Origin: Candidatus Poribacteria bacterium
Lineage (GTDB): Bacteria; Poribacteria; WGA-4E; WGA-3G
Direction of reading: 5' to 3'
DNA: 64,000 nucleotides
Assembly (NCBI GenBank): GCA_963665235.2
Contig: CAXXLX010000001.1
Coordinates: 3,456,001-3,520,000 of the forward strand
The notes beneath the pieces were generated by a model. That model was given only the letters and a program-made list of their open reading frames with translations. It was not told the DNA's origin and did no database searches. This document shows positions 18,444 to 27,351 of the stretch, in pieces (position 1 is the stretch's first letter; each line of letters begins with the position of its first letter). Made by a program: the position numbers and the translations under genes.

Positions 18444-20207
18444 ATTCGCAGTCTATTCGGTCTCAAAAAATATGTCATTCGGTATCGGTATGCCATCATA
18501 TTCAGCTTTATCCTCGTAGTTTTGACAAATGGACTTCTACTGATTAGTCCAAAGATTCTACAAACGGTATTTGATGAATTGGAGCAGGCCTTTGGTGACC
18601 CGGACCTCACGGTGTCTGAGGGACGCATCCTGTTTTTCGCTCTGCTGATTTTTGGAGTTGCGCTTCTGGGTGGAATTCTGCGTTTCTTGCAACGCCGGAT
18701 TATCCAGGGGGTTGCACGCCAGATGGAATTTCACCTCCGCGCTGACTTTTTTCTTCATCTCCAGAAACTCTCCGCTGCCTATTACGATAACGTGCGGACT
18801 GGCGATTTAATGACGCGTGCAACAAGCGATTTGAACGCTATTCGCATGGTGCTGAGCAGTGCAATCATGTACACTGCGGATGCTACCGTGTTTTTCGGGC
18901 TTGCCCTCACAATCATGCTGCGCATTGATGCTACGTTGACGCTCGTCGCTTTGTTACCTTATCCGATTCTTGTATTTGTAATTCGTTTGCTTGGAAAACG
19001 TTTGCATCTTCATTATGAAAATATCCAAGAGGCGTTTTCAATAATGAATACGAAGGTCCAAGAGAATTTATCAGGCGTGCGCGTTGTCAAAGCATATACA
19101 CTTGAGGCGAGTGAGGTTGAGCACTTTGGCGAATTGAACCAGGAGTTTGTCAATCGTAACCATAAACAAATTCGACTGATGACCTTCTTTTTCCCGCTAT
19201 TCCGGTTTTTACCGGGCATCGGGGGGGTTGTGCTTCTCTGGATGGGGGGGCTGCATGTCATTCAAGATAAAATCACGCTTGGGGACTTTGTGGCATTCAA
19301 CGCCTATCTGATGATGCTCGTGCGCCCGATGATTATGCTCGGTTTCATTGTCAACACGTTTGAACGCGGAGCCGCCTCAATGGATAGGATAAATGCAATC
19401 CTGAGTGAAGAACCGGAAATCTATGACGCTGAAGATGTTAAGCGGAGTGTGAGAGATATTGGCGGCGAGATAGAATTTAAAAACCTCAATTTTGCTTACC
19501 ACGATGGCCCCCCTATCTTAAAAAACATCAATCTTAAGATTAAACAGGGCAGGACGCTTGCGATTGTTGGGGGGACAGGTTCGGGCAAATCGACGCTTGT
19601 CACCCTTATTCCACGCATTCGTCAGGCAGCACGCGGCACTATCTTTATTGATGGCATAGATATTCAGGATATTCCCCTGAACGTTCTCCGTTCTCATATC
19701 GGGTTCGTGGAGCAGGAGCCTTTTCTCTTTTCTGACTATTTGCGGAATAACATCGCCTACGGCGTTGGAACGGCTAGCGATGAAGAGGTGAGAGACGCTG
19801 CAGAAACCGCCGATCTGCTCACACAGATTGAGGAATTTCCGGATGGATTGCAAACTTTTCTCGGTGAACGCGGCATGACAATCTCAGGCGGACAACGCCA
19901 ACGCAGCGCACTTGCACGCGCAATTCTGATTAAACCTAAAATTCTTATCCTGGATGACGCGTTCGCGAATGTGGATACGCAAACCGAGGATACAATTCTT
20001 AATCGGCTTGCTGAAATCATGAAGGGACGAACGACTATCCTTATTTCACACCGTATTTCTACTGTCAAAGCTGCCGACCACATTGTCGTTCTCAATGATG
20101 GTAGCATTGTCGAGGAAGGCACACATGAACAGCTGCTTGAAAAGAACGGTATCTACGCCGGCATCTATGAAACACAACTCTTGCAAGAGGAGCTGGAGGA
20201 ACTGTAA
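18444..20207 (+). CDS. ABC exporter, fused permease/ATPase (heterodimer subunit 1)
   Basis: TMD plus GGTGSGKS, ISGGQRQR, ILDD, ISHR; start placed tentatively at ATT 18444 (track start TTG 18522). Confidence 0.9.
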   Translation: MRSLFGLKKYVIRYRYAIIFSFILVVLTNGLLLISPKILQTVFDELEQAFGDPDLTVSEGRILFFALLIFGVALLGGILRFLQRRIIQGVARQMEFHLRADFFLHLQKLSAAYYDNVRTGDLMTRATSDLNAIRMVLSSAIMYTADATVFFGLALTIMLRIDATLTLVALLPYPILVFVIRLLGKRLHLHYENIQEAFSIMNTKVQENLSGVRVVKAYTLEASEVEHFGELNQEFVNRNHKQIRLMTFFFPLFRFLPGIGGVVLLWMGGLHVIQDKITLGDFVAFNAYLMMLVRPMIMLGFIVNTFERGAASMDRINAILSEEPEIYDAEDVKRSVRDIGGEIEFKNLNFAYHDGPPILKNINLKIKQGRTLAIVGGTGSGKSTLVTLIPRIRQAARGTIFIDGIDIQDIPLNVLRSHIGFVEQEPFLFSDYLRNNIAYGVGTASDEEVRDAAETADLLTQIEEFPDGLQTFLGERGMTISGGQRQRSALARAILIKPKILILDDAFANVDTQTEDTILNRLAEIMKGRTTILISHRISTVKAADHIVVLNDGSIVEEGTHEQLLEKNGIYAGIYETQLLQEELEEL

Positions 20208-20222
20208 AGGAGGAGGCTACCT

Positions 20223-22058
20223 ATGTTTGGGATGGGAGACCTATACGAATATAGCGATGAGGAGCAGGACCTCGGTAAAGTCTATGATACGGTTTTGATG
20301 AAACGTCTGCTGGCATACCTCAAACCCTATAAATTTCAGTTGTTCATTATCGGCTTACTCATGGTCGGGAATACACTCTCGCGTTTGGTTGGTCCGTATC
20401 TGATGCAAGTCGCTATCGACCGGCATATTATCCCGGAGGTTTTTGAAGGTTTGGGGACTATCGCGATTTTTCTTGTATTAGGCTTGGCAAGTGAGTTTGT
20501 GTTTAGCTATTTTGAGGAATACCGTATGCAGATGATTGGACAACATGTCATGCGTGATCTTCGGCAAAAACTCTTTGCACATCTACAACGGTTAGATGTC
20601 CAATATTTTGATAAAAATCCGGTCGGCCGGCTGATGACGCGGGTGATGGGGGATGTCCAAGTAATCAATGAGCTTTTTGCTGCTGGTGTGATTACTGTGT
20701 TCGCGAACCTATTGAATATTTTGGGCATTATGGTTGTCATGTTGCTCTACAGTTGGAAGCTTGCGCTTGCAACGTTCACGGTGATACCGATTATCTTCGG
20801 TGCTACGCTTATCTACCAAATCTATTCGCGCCGTGCGTTTCGAGAACAGCGGAAGCAGCTTGCACGAATTAATGCCTTTTTACAGGAAAACATCGTCGGT
20901 ATGACGACAATGAAACTTTTCGCACAAGAGGAGCGGAGTTATCTCCGTTTTAACGAACGGAACCGCAAATATCTCGCTGCGAACCTCCGGAGTATTTTCT
21001 ATTTTTCTATTTTTCACCCCCTGATTGAGGTGACAGCCTCCCTTGCAACAGCCGTGATTATCTGGTATGGCGGTGGACAGATTGTCCAAGGTGCATTGAC
21101 CTTCGGGGTATTGGTGGCGTTTATCCGCTATGCTGAACGTTTTTTCTGGCCGATCCGTGAACTCAGTGAAAAGTATACTATCTTCCAAAACGCGATGGCC
21201 TCCTCCGAGCGTATTTTTCAGTTGCTGGATACGGAACCGGCTATCGTTTCTAAAACGGACGAAGATGGAACGGATAGTCTGAAGGGTGAGATTGAATTCC
21301 GGAACGTCTGGTTTGCTTACAACGATGACGATTATGTTTTACGGGATGTCTCCTTTAAGGTGGAACCGGGTGAGAAGGTTGCCCTTGTTGGACATACCGG
21401 CGCTGGGAAAACGTCAATCATCAACCTGCTTTGCCGTTTCTATGAAATTAACAAGGGACAGATTTTGATTGATGGTGTGGATATACGAGATATGAACTTG
21501 GCGGCGTTGCGGGATGCAATTAGCATTGTACAACAAAACATCTTCCTCTTTTCTGACACAATTGAACGTAATATCAGTTTGGGCAATCCCGCTATCTCGT
21601 CGGAGCAGGTGGCGCGTGCTGCCGAAGATGTCTATTTGGATCGGTTTTTCTGGACCTCCGAACGGGGACTTTCGGAGAAGGCTTCACGGCCTGACATCTA
21701 TAGCACGGAAATTAAAGAGGATGGCGGTGGATTGTCTGTTGGGCAAAAGCAATTGGTCGCCTTTGCGCGTGCCTTAGCGTCCGACCCGAGTATCTTAATC
21801 CTTGATGAGGCGACCTCAAGCGTTGACACCGAGACCGAACTGCTGATTGAAGATGCCTTGAGTCGGCTGATGACTGAGCGGACCTCTGTCGTAATCGCAC
21901 ATCGGCTTTCGACTATCCACAATGCGGATAAGATTATCGTGATGCACCGAGGTGAAATTCGGGAAACAGGCACGCACAATGAATTATTACAGCAGGGTGG
22001 CATCTATTATCGGTTGTATCAGTTGCAGTATAAGGGACAGGAAACGCGGGCGAGTTAA
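20223..22058 (+). CDS. ABC exporter, fused permease/ATPase (heterodimer subunit 2)
   Basis: AGGAGG RBS; GHTGAGKT, LSVGQKQL, ILDEATS, IAHRLS. Confidence 0.93.
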   Translation: MFGMGDLYEYSDEEQDLGKVYDTVLMKRLLAYLKPYKFQLFIIGLLMVGNTLSRLVGPYLMQVAIDRHIIPEVFEGLGTIAIFLVLGLASEFVFSYFEEYRMQMIGQHVMRDLRQKLFAHLQRLDVQYFDKNPVGRLMTRVMGDVQVINELFAAGVITVFANLLNILGIMVVMLLYSWKLALATFTVIPIIFGATLIYQIYSRRAFREQRKQLARINAFLQENIVGMTTMKLFAQEERSYLRFNERNRKYLAANLRSIFYFSIFHPLIEVTASLATAVIIWYGGGQIVQGALTFGVLVAFIRYAERFFWPIRELSEKYTIFQNAMASSERIFQLLDTEPAIVSKTDEDGTDSLKGEIEFRNVWFAYNDDDYVLRDVSFKVEPGEKVALVGHTGAGKTSIINLLCRFYEINKGQILIDGVDIRDMNLAALRDAISIVQQNIFLFSDTIERNISLGNPAISSEQVARAAEDVYLDRFFWTSERGLSEKASRPDIYSTEIKEDGGGLSVGQKQLVAFARALASDPSILILDEATSSVDTETELLIEDALSRLMTERTSVVIAHRLSTIHNADKIIVMHRGEIRETGTHNELLQQGGIYYRLYQLQYKGQETRAS

Positions 22059-22234
22059 TTGACTTGGAGTAAAGATATTTTTTCCTTGATTTTTTTCAAA
22101 ATTTTGTATAATAATTATCGATGTCTTCGAATTGTGATGGTGAACTTATAGCAATTGCGGTGCGGTGCGGTGTATTGGGATGGCAAAAACGAAGTAGGTG
22201 AATCTTATAAAAATTTGCCAAGGAGTTTGAAAAA

Positions 22235-23842
22235 ATGAGACGTTTTGGAACATACGGGCCTGTTCGTCCGGAAAAGAACTATGTCGTTAGCCGTTCTGCA
22301 GCACTCGGTGATTTTATTGAACGCATCAAAGAGGGCCGCTATACCGTTATCTTTGCGCCGCGGCAAACTGGTAAAACAACCTTCTTTCAACGCGCACTTG
22401 ATACGCTCAGAAATGATGAATCGACTTACTTCCCAATTTCGTTGAATTTTGAGGAATATGGGGACTGTAAACCGGAGATTTTTTACAACGCTCTCTCCCT
22501 AGATATATCTGAAGAGATTGAAAACGTTTTTGAAAGACGCGGGCATGCACTTTCCGAATCGGTACGTCTATTTTTGGAGAATACCGAAATAACCGACCAT
22601 CTCTCAATGCGAAGATTTTTCAGAGCACTTCAAGGTTGTTTAAATGCTGAATGTGCCGGGCAGCGAGTTATTGTAGTCATAGATGAATTTGATGGCATTC
22701 CGAAAAAGGCAGTGACAGGTTTTCTTCATTCACTTCGTCGAATCTATGTTTCAAATTCTACGCTTAAATGCCCACATAGTGTCAGCCTAGTAGGGGTTAA
22801 GAGTATCACACAACTCGACTACGACCGGTCAATCTCACCGTTTAATATCCAAGATGAGTTTCACCTGTCCAATTTTACGCTTGAACAGGTGAGCGAACTG
22901 CTATCACAATATACTGCTGAGGTGGGACAAGTCTTTGCGCCAGAGGTCATTGAAAACCTACACAAACAGACTGCTGGTCATCCGTTCTTAGTTAATCGCT
23001 TTGCACAGATTCTTACAGAAGAGCTAGACATACCGAAGACTGTGCCGGTGACGATGCCGCATTTCGCCCGGGCGTATGCACAGATGCTCAACGACCGGAA
23101 TACTAATATTTCACATCTACTTACCAATATCCGAAGAGATCGCCGCTTCGAAAGCTTCCTTATGCGGATTGCATCTTACGAAATAGGTATACCCTTCAGT
23201 TTGGAAGATGACATCATGAATGAGCTTGCAACTTATGGGGTTATCGCGGAAGGTCCCGATGGCATGTGTAGGATTGTCAACCCGATTTATCAGCATCGCA
23301 TCTTACGGACCTTTAAACCGTTGTTTAACGGTCTGGAGGGTGAATATTTTCCTGAAGATATGGACGTGGGGCTGACTGATTACCTCACGCCTGCCGGCGG
23401 GATTGAGATGGAGGCTCTCCTTGATAATTTTCAATCGTTCATTACTCGCGCAGGTTTCCGCATCCTACAGGTCCCGGATACACCGCAAGAATACGTAGGG
23501 CAGCACCTCCTTTATGCCTATTTGGATCAGTTCGTTCACGTCGTTGGGGCGAATATGTTTCTTGAAGCCCAAACTGGTCGGGGCAGGATGGACCTGCTCA
23601 TCGTCCGTAATCAGCAAAAACATATTGTTGAAACAAAGATATGGGAAGGTGAGCGGTATTATCAGGCGGGCAAGCAGCAACTGGCGGCGTATCTGAAATC
23701 GGAGGGTGTCGGGGAAGGCTACTATATTGTGTTCGATCATCGGTTGACTCCAGAGGCACGGGTGGAGACAGAGACAGTGAACGGTATGACGATTCGGAGT
23801 TATGTCATTCCTGTAGTGCAAGAAGTCCCCTCAGCCGTTTAG
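22235..23842 (+). CDS. AAA-like ATPase with C-terminal PD-(D/E)XK-type nuclease domain (paralog 1)
   Basis: APRQTGKTT, IDEFD, SPFNI, TAGHPFLV; C-terminal E..TGRGRMDL...IVETK...QLAAYL. Confidence 0.85.
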   Translation: MRRFGTYGPVRPEKNYVVSRSAALGDFIERIKEGRYTVIFAPRQTGKTTFFQRALDTLRNDESTYFPISLNFEEYGDCKPEIFYNALSLDISEEIENVFERRGHALSESVRLFLENTEITDHLSMRRFFRALQGCLNAECAGQRVIVVIDEFDGIPKKAVTGFLHSLRRIYVSNSTLKCPHSVSLVGVKSITQLDYDRSISPFNIQDEFHLSNFTLEQVSELLSQYTAEVGQVFAPEVIENLHKQTAGHPFLVNRFAQILTEELDIPKTVPVTMPHFARAYAQMLNDRNTNISHLLTNIRRDRRFESFLMRIASYEIGIPFSLEDDIMNELATYGVIAEGPDGMCRIVNPIYQHRILRTFKPLFNGLEGEYFPEDMDVGLTDYLTPAGGIEMEALLDNFQSFITRAGFRILQVPDTPQEYVGQHLLYAYLDQFVHVVGANMFLEAQTGRGRMDLLIVRNQQKHIVETKIWEGERYYQAGKQQLAAYLKSEGVGEGYYIVFDHRLTPEARVETETVNGMTIRSYVIPVVQEVPSAV

Positions 23843-23876
23843 TGGAAGTGTGGAAGAATGGAAGGGTAGATTTCGC

Positions 23877-23985
23877 GTGTGTTGTCTGAATGCACGTTGC
23901 ATTTGGGCGAGTACGCCCCAAATCGCGGATTTATCGCGGAGGACGTGGAAAGTTATTTTTGTCAGAATCGCGGAAGGCGCGGAGA
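23877..23985 (+). repeat. Dispersed repeat family D (TGTTGTCTGAAT...ATCGCGGATT)
   Basis: Homologous to 25779-25840 and 34530-34575, and inverted at 26044-26092. Confidence 0.7.
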
Positions 23986-23990
23986 ACAAG

Positions 23991-24055
23991 GGAGACCTAG
24001 CAGGCGAGGGGACCTCCCTCCTACGAAGCTACGTGCTAAATTTGTGTAAGTCCTG
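23991..24055. mobile_element. MITE-B right half with degenerate REP
   Basis: GCAGGCGAGGGGACCTCCCTCCTAC...AAATTTGTGTAAGTCCTG matches the right half of 36610-36724. Confidence 0.7.
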
Positions 24056-24159
24056 GTATAATAATTATCGATGTCTTCGAATTGTGGCGGTGCGGTGTAT
24101 TGGGATGGCAAAAACGAAGTAGGTGAATCTTATAAAAATTTGCCAAGGAGTTTGAAAAA

Positions 24160-25752
24160 ATGAGACGTTTTGGAACACAAGGGCGTGTGCGTCCTGAGCA
24201 GCACTACGTTGTCTCCCGGACAGAGCAGGTCGCTGATTTCATTAATAGGATTAAATTGGGCAAATACATCGTTCTCTTTGCACCACGGCAGACCGGCAAA
24301 ACGACCTTCTTCCGACTGGCACTATCCGTACTCGCCGCAGAAGCCCCTGATATCTTCCCAATCCTATTGAACTTTGAAGAGTATAAAGACTACCCCCCCA
24401 CTGAATTTTACAGCAATCTCTATGAAGATATTCGTGAGGAGATAGAAAACGTTTTTCAAAAACTTGGACAAGTTCCCGCCAAGGCACTAAACCGATTTTT
24501 AGAGAACACAAAACTGACCGATCATGTCTCCATGAGAAGATTTTTTATCCAGCTCGCGCGTCTCTTAGAAAACCGGCGGGTTGTCGTTATCATCGACGAG
24601 TTTGATGGCATTCCTCAAGCTGCTGTGGGGAATTTTCTGCATTCGCTCCGACATATCTATCTGTCTGATGCACCTCTATGCCCACATAGTGTTAGCCTGG
24701 TCGGGGTTAAGAGTATAACACAACTTGACTACGACCGGTCAATCTCACCGTTCAATATCCAAGATGAGTTCCGATTGCACAACTTCACACTTGAACAGGT
24801 GAGCGAACTCCTATCACAATATACTGCTGAGGTAGGACAAGTCTTTGCGACAGAGGTCATTGAAAACCTACACAAACAGACTGCTGGGCAACCCTTCTTA
24901 GTTAATCGCTTTGCACAGATTCTTACAGAAGAGCTAGACATACCGAAGACTGTGCCGGTGACGATGCCGCATTTCGTCCGGGCGTATGCACGGATGCTCA
25001 ACGACCCGAATACGAATATTTCGCATCTACTTACCAATATCCGCAGGGATCGCCGCTTCGAAAGCTTCCTTATGCAGATTGCATCTTACGAAATAGGTAT
25101 ACCCTTCAGTTTGGAAGATGACATCATGAATGAGCTTGCAACTTATGGGGTTATCGCGGAAGGTCCCGATGGCATGTGTAGGATTGTCAACCCGATTTAT
25201 CAGCATCGCATCTTACGAACCTTTAAACCGTTGTTTAACGGCTTGGAGGGTGAATATTTTCCTGAAGATATAGAGGTGGGGCTCACTGATTACCTCACGC
25301 CTGCTGGTGGGATTGAGATGGAGGCTCTCCTTGATAATTTCCAAGCATTCATTACTCGCGCAGGTTTCCGTATCCTACAGGTCCCGGATACACCGCAAGA
25401 ATACGTAGGGCAGCACCTCCTTTATGCCTATTTGGACCAGTTTGTCCACGTCGTTGGGGCGAATATGTTTCTTGAGGTCCAAACTGGTCGGGGCAGGATG
25501 GACCTGCTCATCGTCCGTAATCAGCAAAAATATATTGTTGAAACAAAGATATGGGAAGGTGAGCGGTATTATCAGGCAGGTAAGCGGCAACTGGCGGCGT
25601 ATCTGAAATCGGAGGGTGTCGGGGAAGGCTACTATATTGTGTTCGATCATCGGTTGACTCCAGAGGCACGGGTAGAAACAGAGACAGTGAACGGTGTGAC
25701 GATTCAGAGTTATGTCATTCCTGTAGTGCAGGAACCCCCCTCAGCCGTTTAA
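24160..25752 (+). CDS. AAA-like ATPase with C-terminal nuclease domain (paralog 2)
   Basis: Same motifs; near-identical to paralog 1 from CPHSVSLVG onward. Confidence 0.85.
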   Translation: MRRFGTQGRVRPEQHYVVSRTEQVADFINRIKLGKYIVLFAPRQTGKTTFFRLALSVLAAEAPDIFPILLNFEEYKDYPPTEFYSNLYEDIREEIENVFQKLGQVPAKALNRFLENTKLTDHVSMRRFFIQLARLLENRRVVVIIDEFDGIPQAAVGNFLHSLRHIYLSDAPLCPHSVSLVGVKSITQLDYDRSISPFNIQDEFRLHNFTLEQVSELLSQYTAEVGQVFATEVIENLHKQTAGQPFLVNRFAQILTEELDIPKTVPVTMPHFVRAYARMLNDPNTNISHLLTNIRRDRRFESFLMQIASYEIGIPFSLEDDIMNELATYGVIAEGPDGMCRIVNPIYQHRILRTFKPLFNGLEGEYFPEDIEVGLTDYLTPAGGIEMEALLDNFQAFITRAGFRILQVPDTPQEYVGQHLLYAYLDQFVHVVGANMFLEVQTGRGRMDLLIVRNQQKYIVETKIWEGERYYQAGKRQLAAYLKSEGVGEGYYIVFDHRLTPEARVETETVNGVTIQSYVIPVVQEPPSAV

Positions 25753-25778
25753 TGGATTAAGTTGGGCACGCTCGGTTG

Positions 25779-26092
25779 TGTTGTCTGAATGCACGTCGCA
25801 TTTGGGCGAGTCCGCCGCAAATCGCGGATTTTCGCGGATTGTAAATTAGCGATTGGCAATTGGCGATTAGCGATTAGCAAGAGGGAGAGGACATCGCTTA
25901 TAGTAAAGTTGGAAAATAAATGGACATTGACTTTAAGACCCCCCTTTATCCCCCCGCCCGCGGGGGCAGAGGAAAACCGGGCGTTTTTGCCACATTGCCA
26001 TGTATAAATAATTGTAAGCTTTACTATATGTGTAGGTATCGGACAATCCGCGTCATCTGCGTAATCTGCGACACTCTGTGATTCAGACAACA
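25779..26092. repeat. Composite intergenic repeat bounded by inverted family-D ends
   Basis: 12-bp IR TGTTGTCTGAAT/ATTCAGACAACA; internal 7-bp GCGATTA-type repeats and a CCCCCTTTATCCCCC...GGGGG hairpin. Confidence 0.65.
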
Positions 26093-27201
26093 TTCTCCAA
26101 ATCCAGCCAATTATTACTGTCTACTGCTTCTGTAGACTGGTCAAAATTCCAAGTTTGGGGTTTCGTTGAATAGGTAACATCAAAGATATTATCTCCGCAT
26201 GTGTGAATCTCTTTTAAGCCGTTCAAGAGAATAAACTGCTCTTGGCTCGTTACCACCGGACACCCGTAATACCTGTTTATATATTTCAACGCTCCCGAAT
26301 TTTGGATTCGGTTTTCGACAAACGCCAGGTGTTTTCTCAATCTATTGTGCAAATAATCGTTTGAAAAATCGACGACATGATTGGCAATCGGACGAATAGC
26401 GTGTTGAAAGCTTTTGTCGATTTCAACACCAATACTGTTACGTCCCGATGTCATCGCGGCGGCGGTCGTGGTCCCCGTACCCAAAAACGGATCGAGTATA
26501 ACATCGCCTTTCACAGAATACATATTGATCAGACGATACACCAAATCGAACGGAAATGCTGCACTTCTCGAGCGCGACACTGCCTCTGGAAGTTTTTGCT
26601 CCGTTCCCTTAATATCCATCCAAACATCCGAGTACCAGATATTTCGCTCTTCCCAAAACAGGGCACTTTCGCGCCTATTTTCTTTTTCGGCATCCGTTTT
26701 AAATTCTCTTTTCGGGCCCTTCCTGACTATCAGAATGTACTCGTGTTCCAGCGTCACATAAGCCCCTGCTGGCAGCATGCCCGACCCCATAAATTTATTA
26801 GGCGTATTCGCCTGTTTTCGCCAGAGGATATCGGGAAGTGCTGAAAACCCGATATTTAAGAGGTGTGTCAAGATTCTCGCGTGGTTCGGATACAAACAAA
26901 AATCATCTCGGACCTTCCGTGTCGCATCACCGATATTTATGCATGCAAATCTACCCTCCTTTAAAACTCTGAACACTTCATCCCATACAGCGTCAAGAAT
27001 CTCGTGCATCAACCGGTATGCCTGCTTCCCATCGCCGCTGGCTAATGCATCCTGAATCTCTGGATTTTGATGACTAAACATCTCATCCCACATCTGAATC
27101 ATGGGATATGGCGGGGAGGTAACGACAAGGTCAACGGTTCCTGATGGAATTTCTTTCAAATCTCGGGCATCTTGAAAAAAGATATTGTGAGTAGTTTTCA
27201 T
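26083..27201 (-). CDS. Site-specific DNA methyltransferase (N4/N6 family, beta class, SPPY)
   Basis: VDLVVTSPPY before LDPFLGTGTT; HEYILIVRK. Confidence 0.9.
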   Translation of the reverse strand: MKTTHNIFFQDARDLKEIPSGTVDLVVTSPPYPMIQMWDEMFSHQNPEIQDALASGDGKQAYRLMHEILDAVWDEVFRVLKEGRFACINIGDATRKVRDDFCLYPNHARILTHLLNIGFSALPDILWRKQANTPNKFMGSGMLPAGAYVTLEHEYILIVRKGPKREFKTDAEKENRRESALFWEERNIWYSDVWMDIKGTEQKLPEAVSRSRSAAFPFDLVYRLINMYSVKGDVILDPFLGTGTTTAAAMTSGRNSIGVEIDKSFQHAIRPIANHVVDFSNDYLHNRLRKHLAFVENRIQNSGALKYINRYYGCPVVTSQEQFILLNGLKEIHTCGDNIFDVTYSTKPQTWNFDQSTEAVDSNNWLDLENVV

Positions 27202-27351
27202 GCTGATTATTAAACGGAAAAGTTCTGAGGGTATTTCCCCTTAATTTTTTATCAAGATAGAAGCTTGACAAAGCAAGGCAGCAACACTGTTTTTAAGTTT
27301 AACACATATTTCACACTGTTTGCAAATTAAAATTTGTGAGAATCAGACGTA

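Noticed and set aside
26083-27201. Complete type II restriction-modification system
   Set aside because: No cognate endonuclease gene adjacent in the same unit
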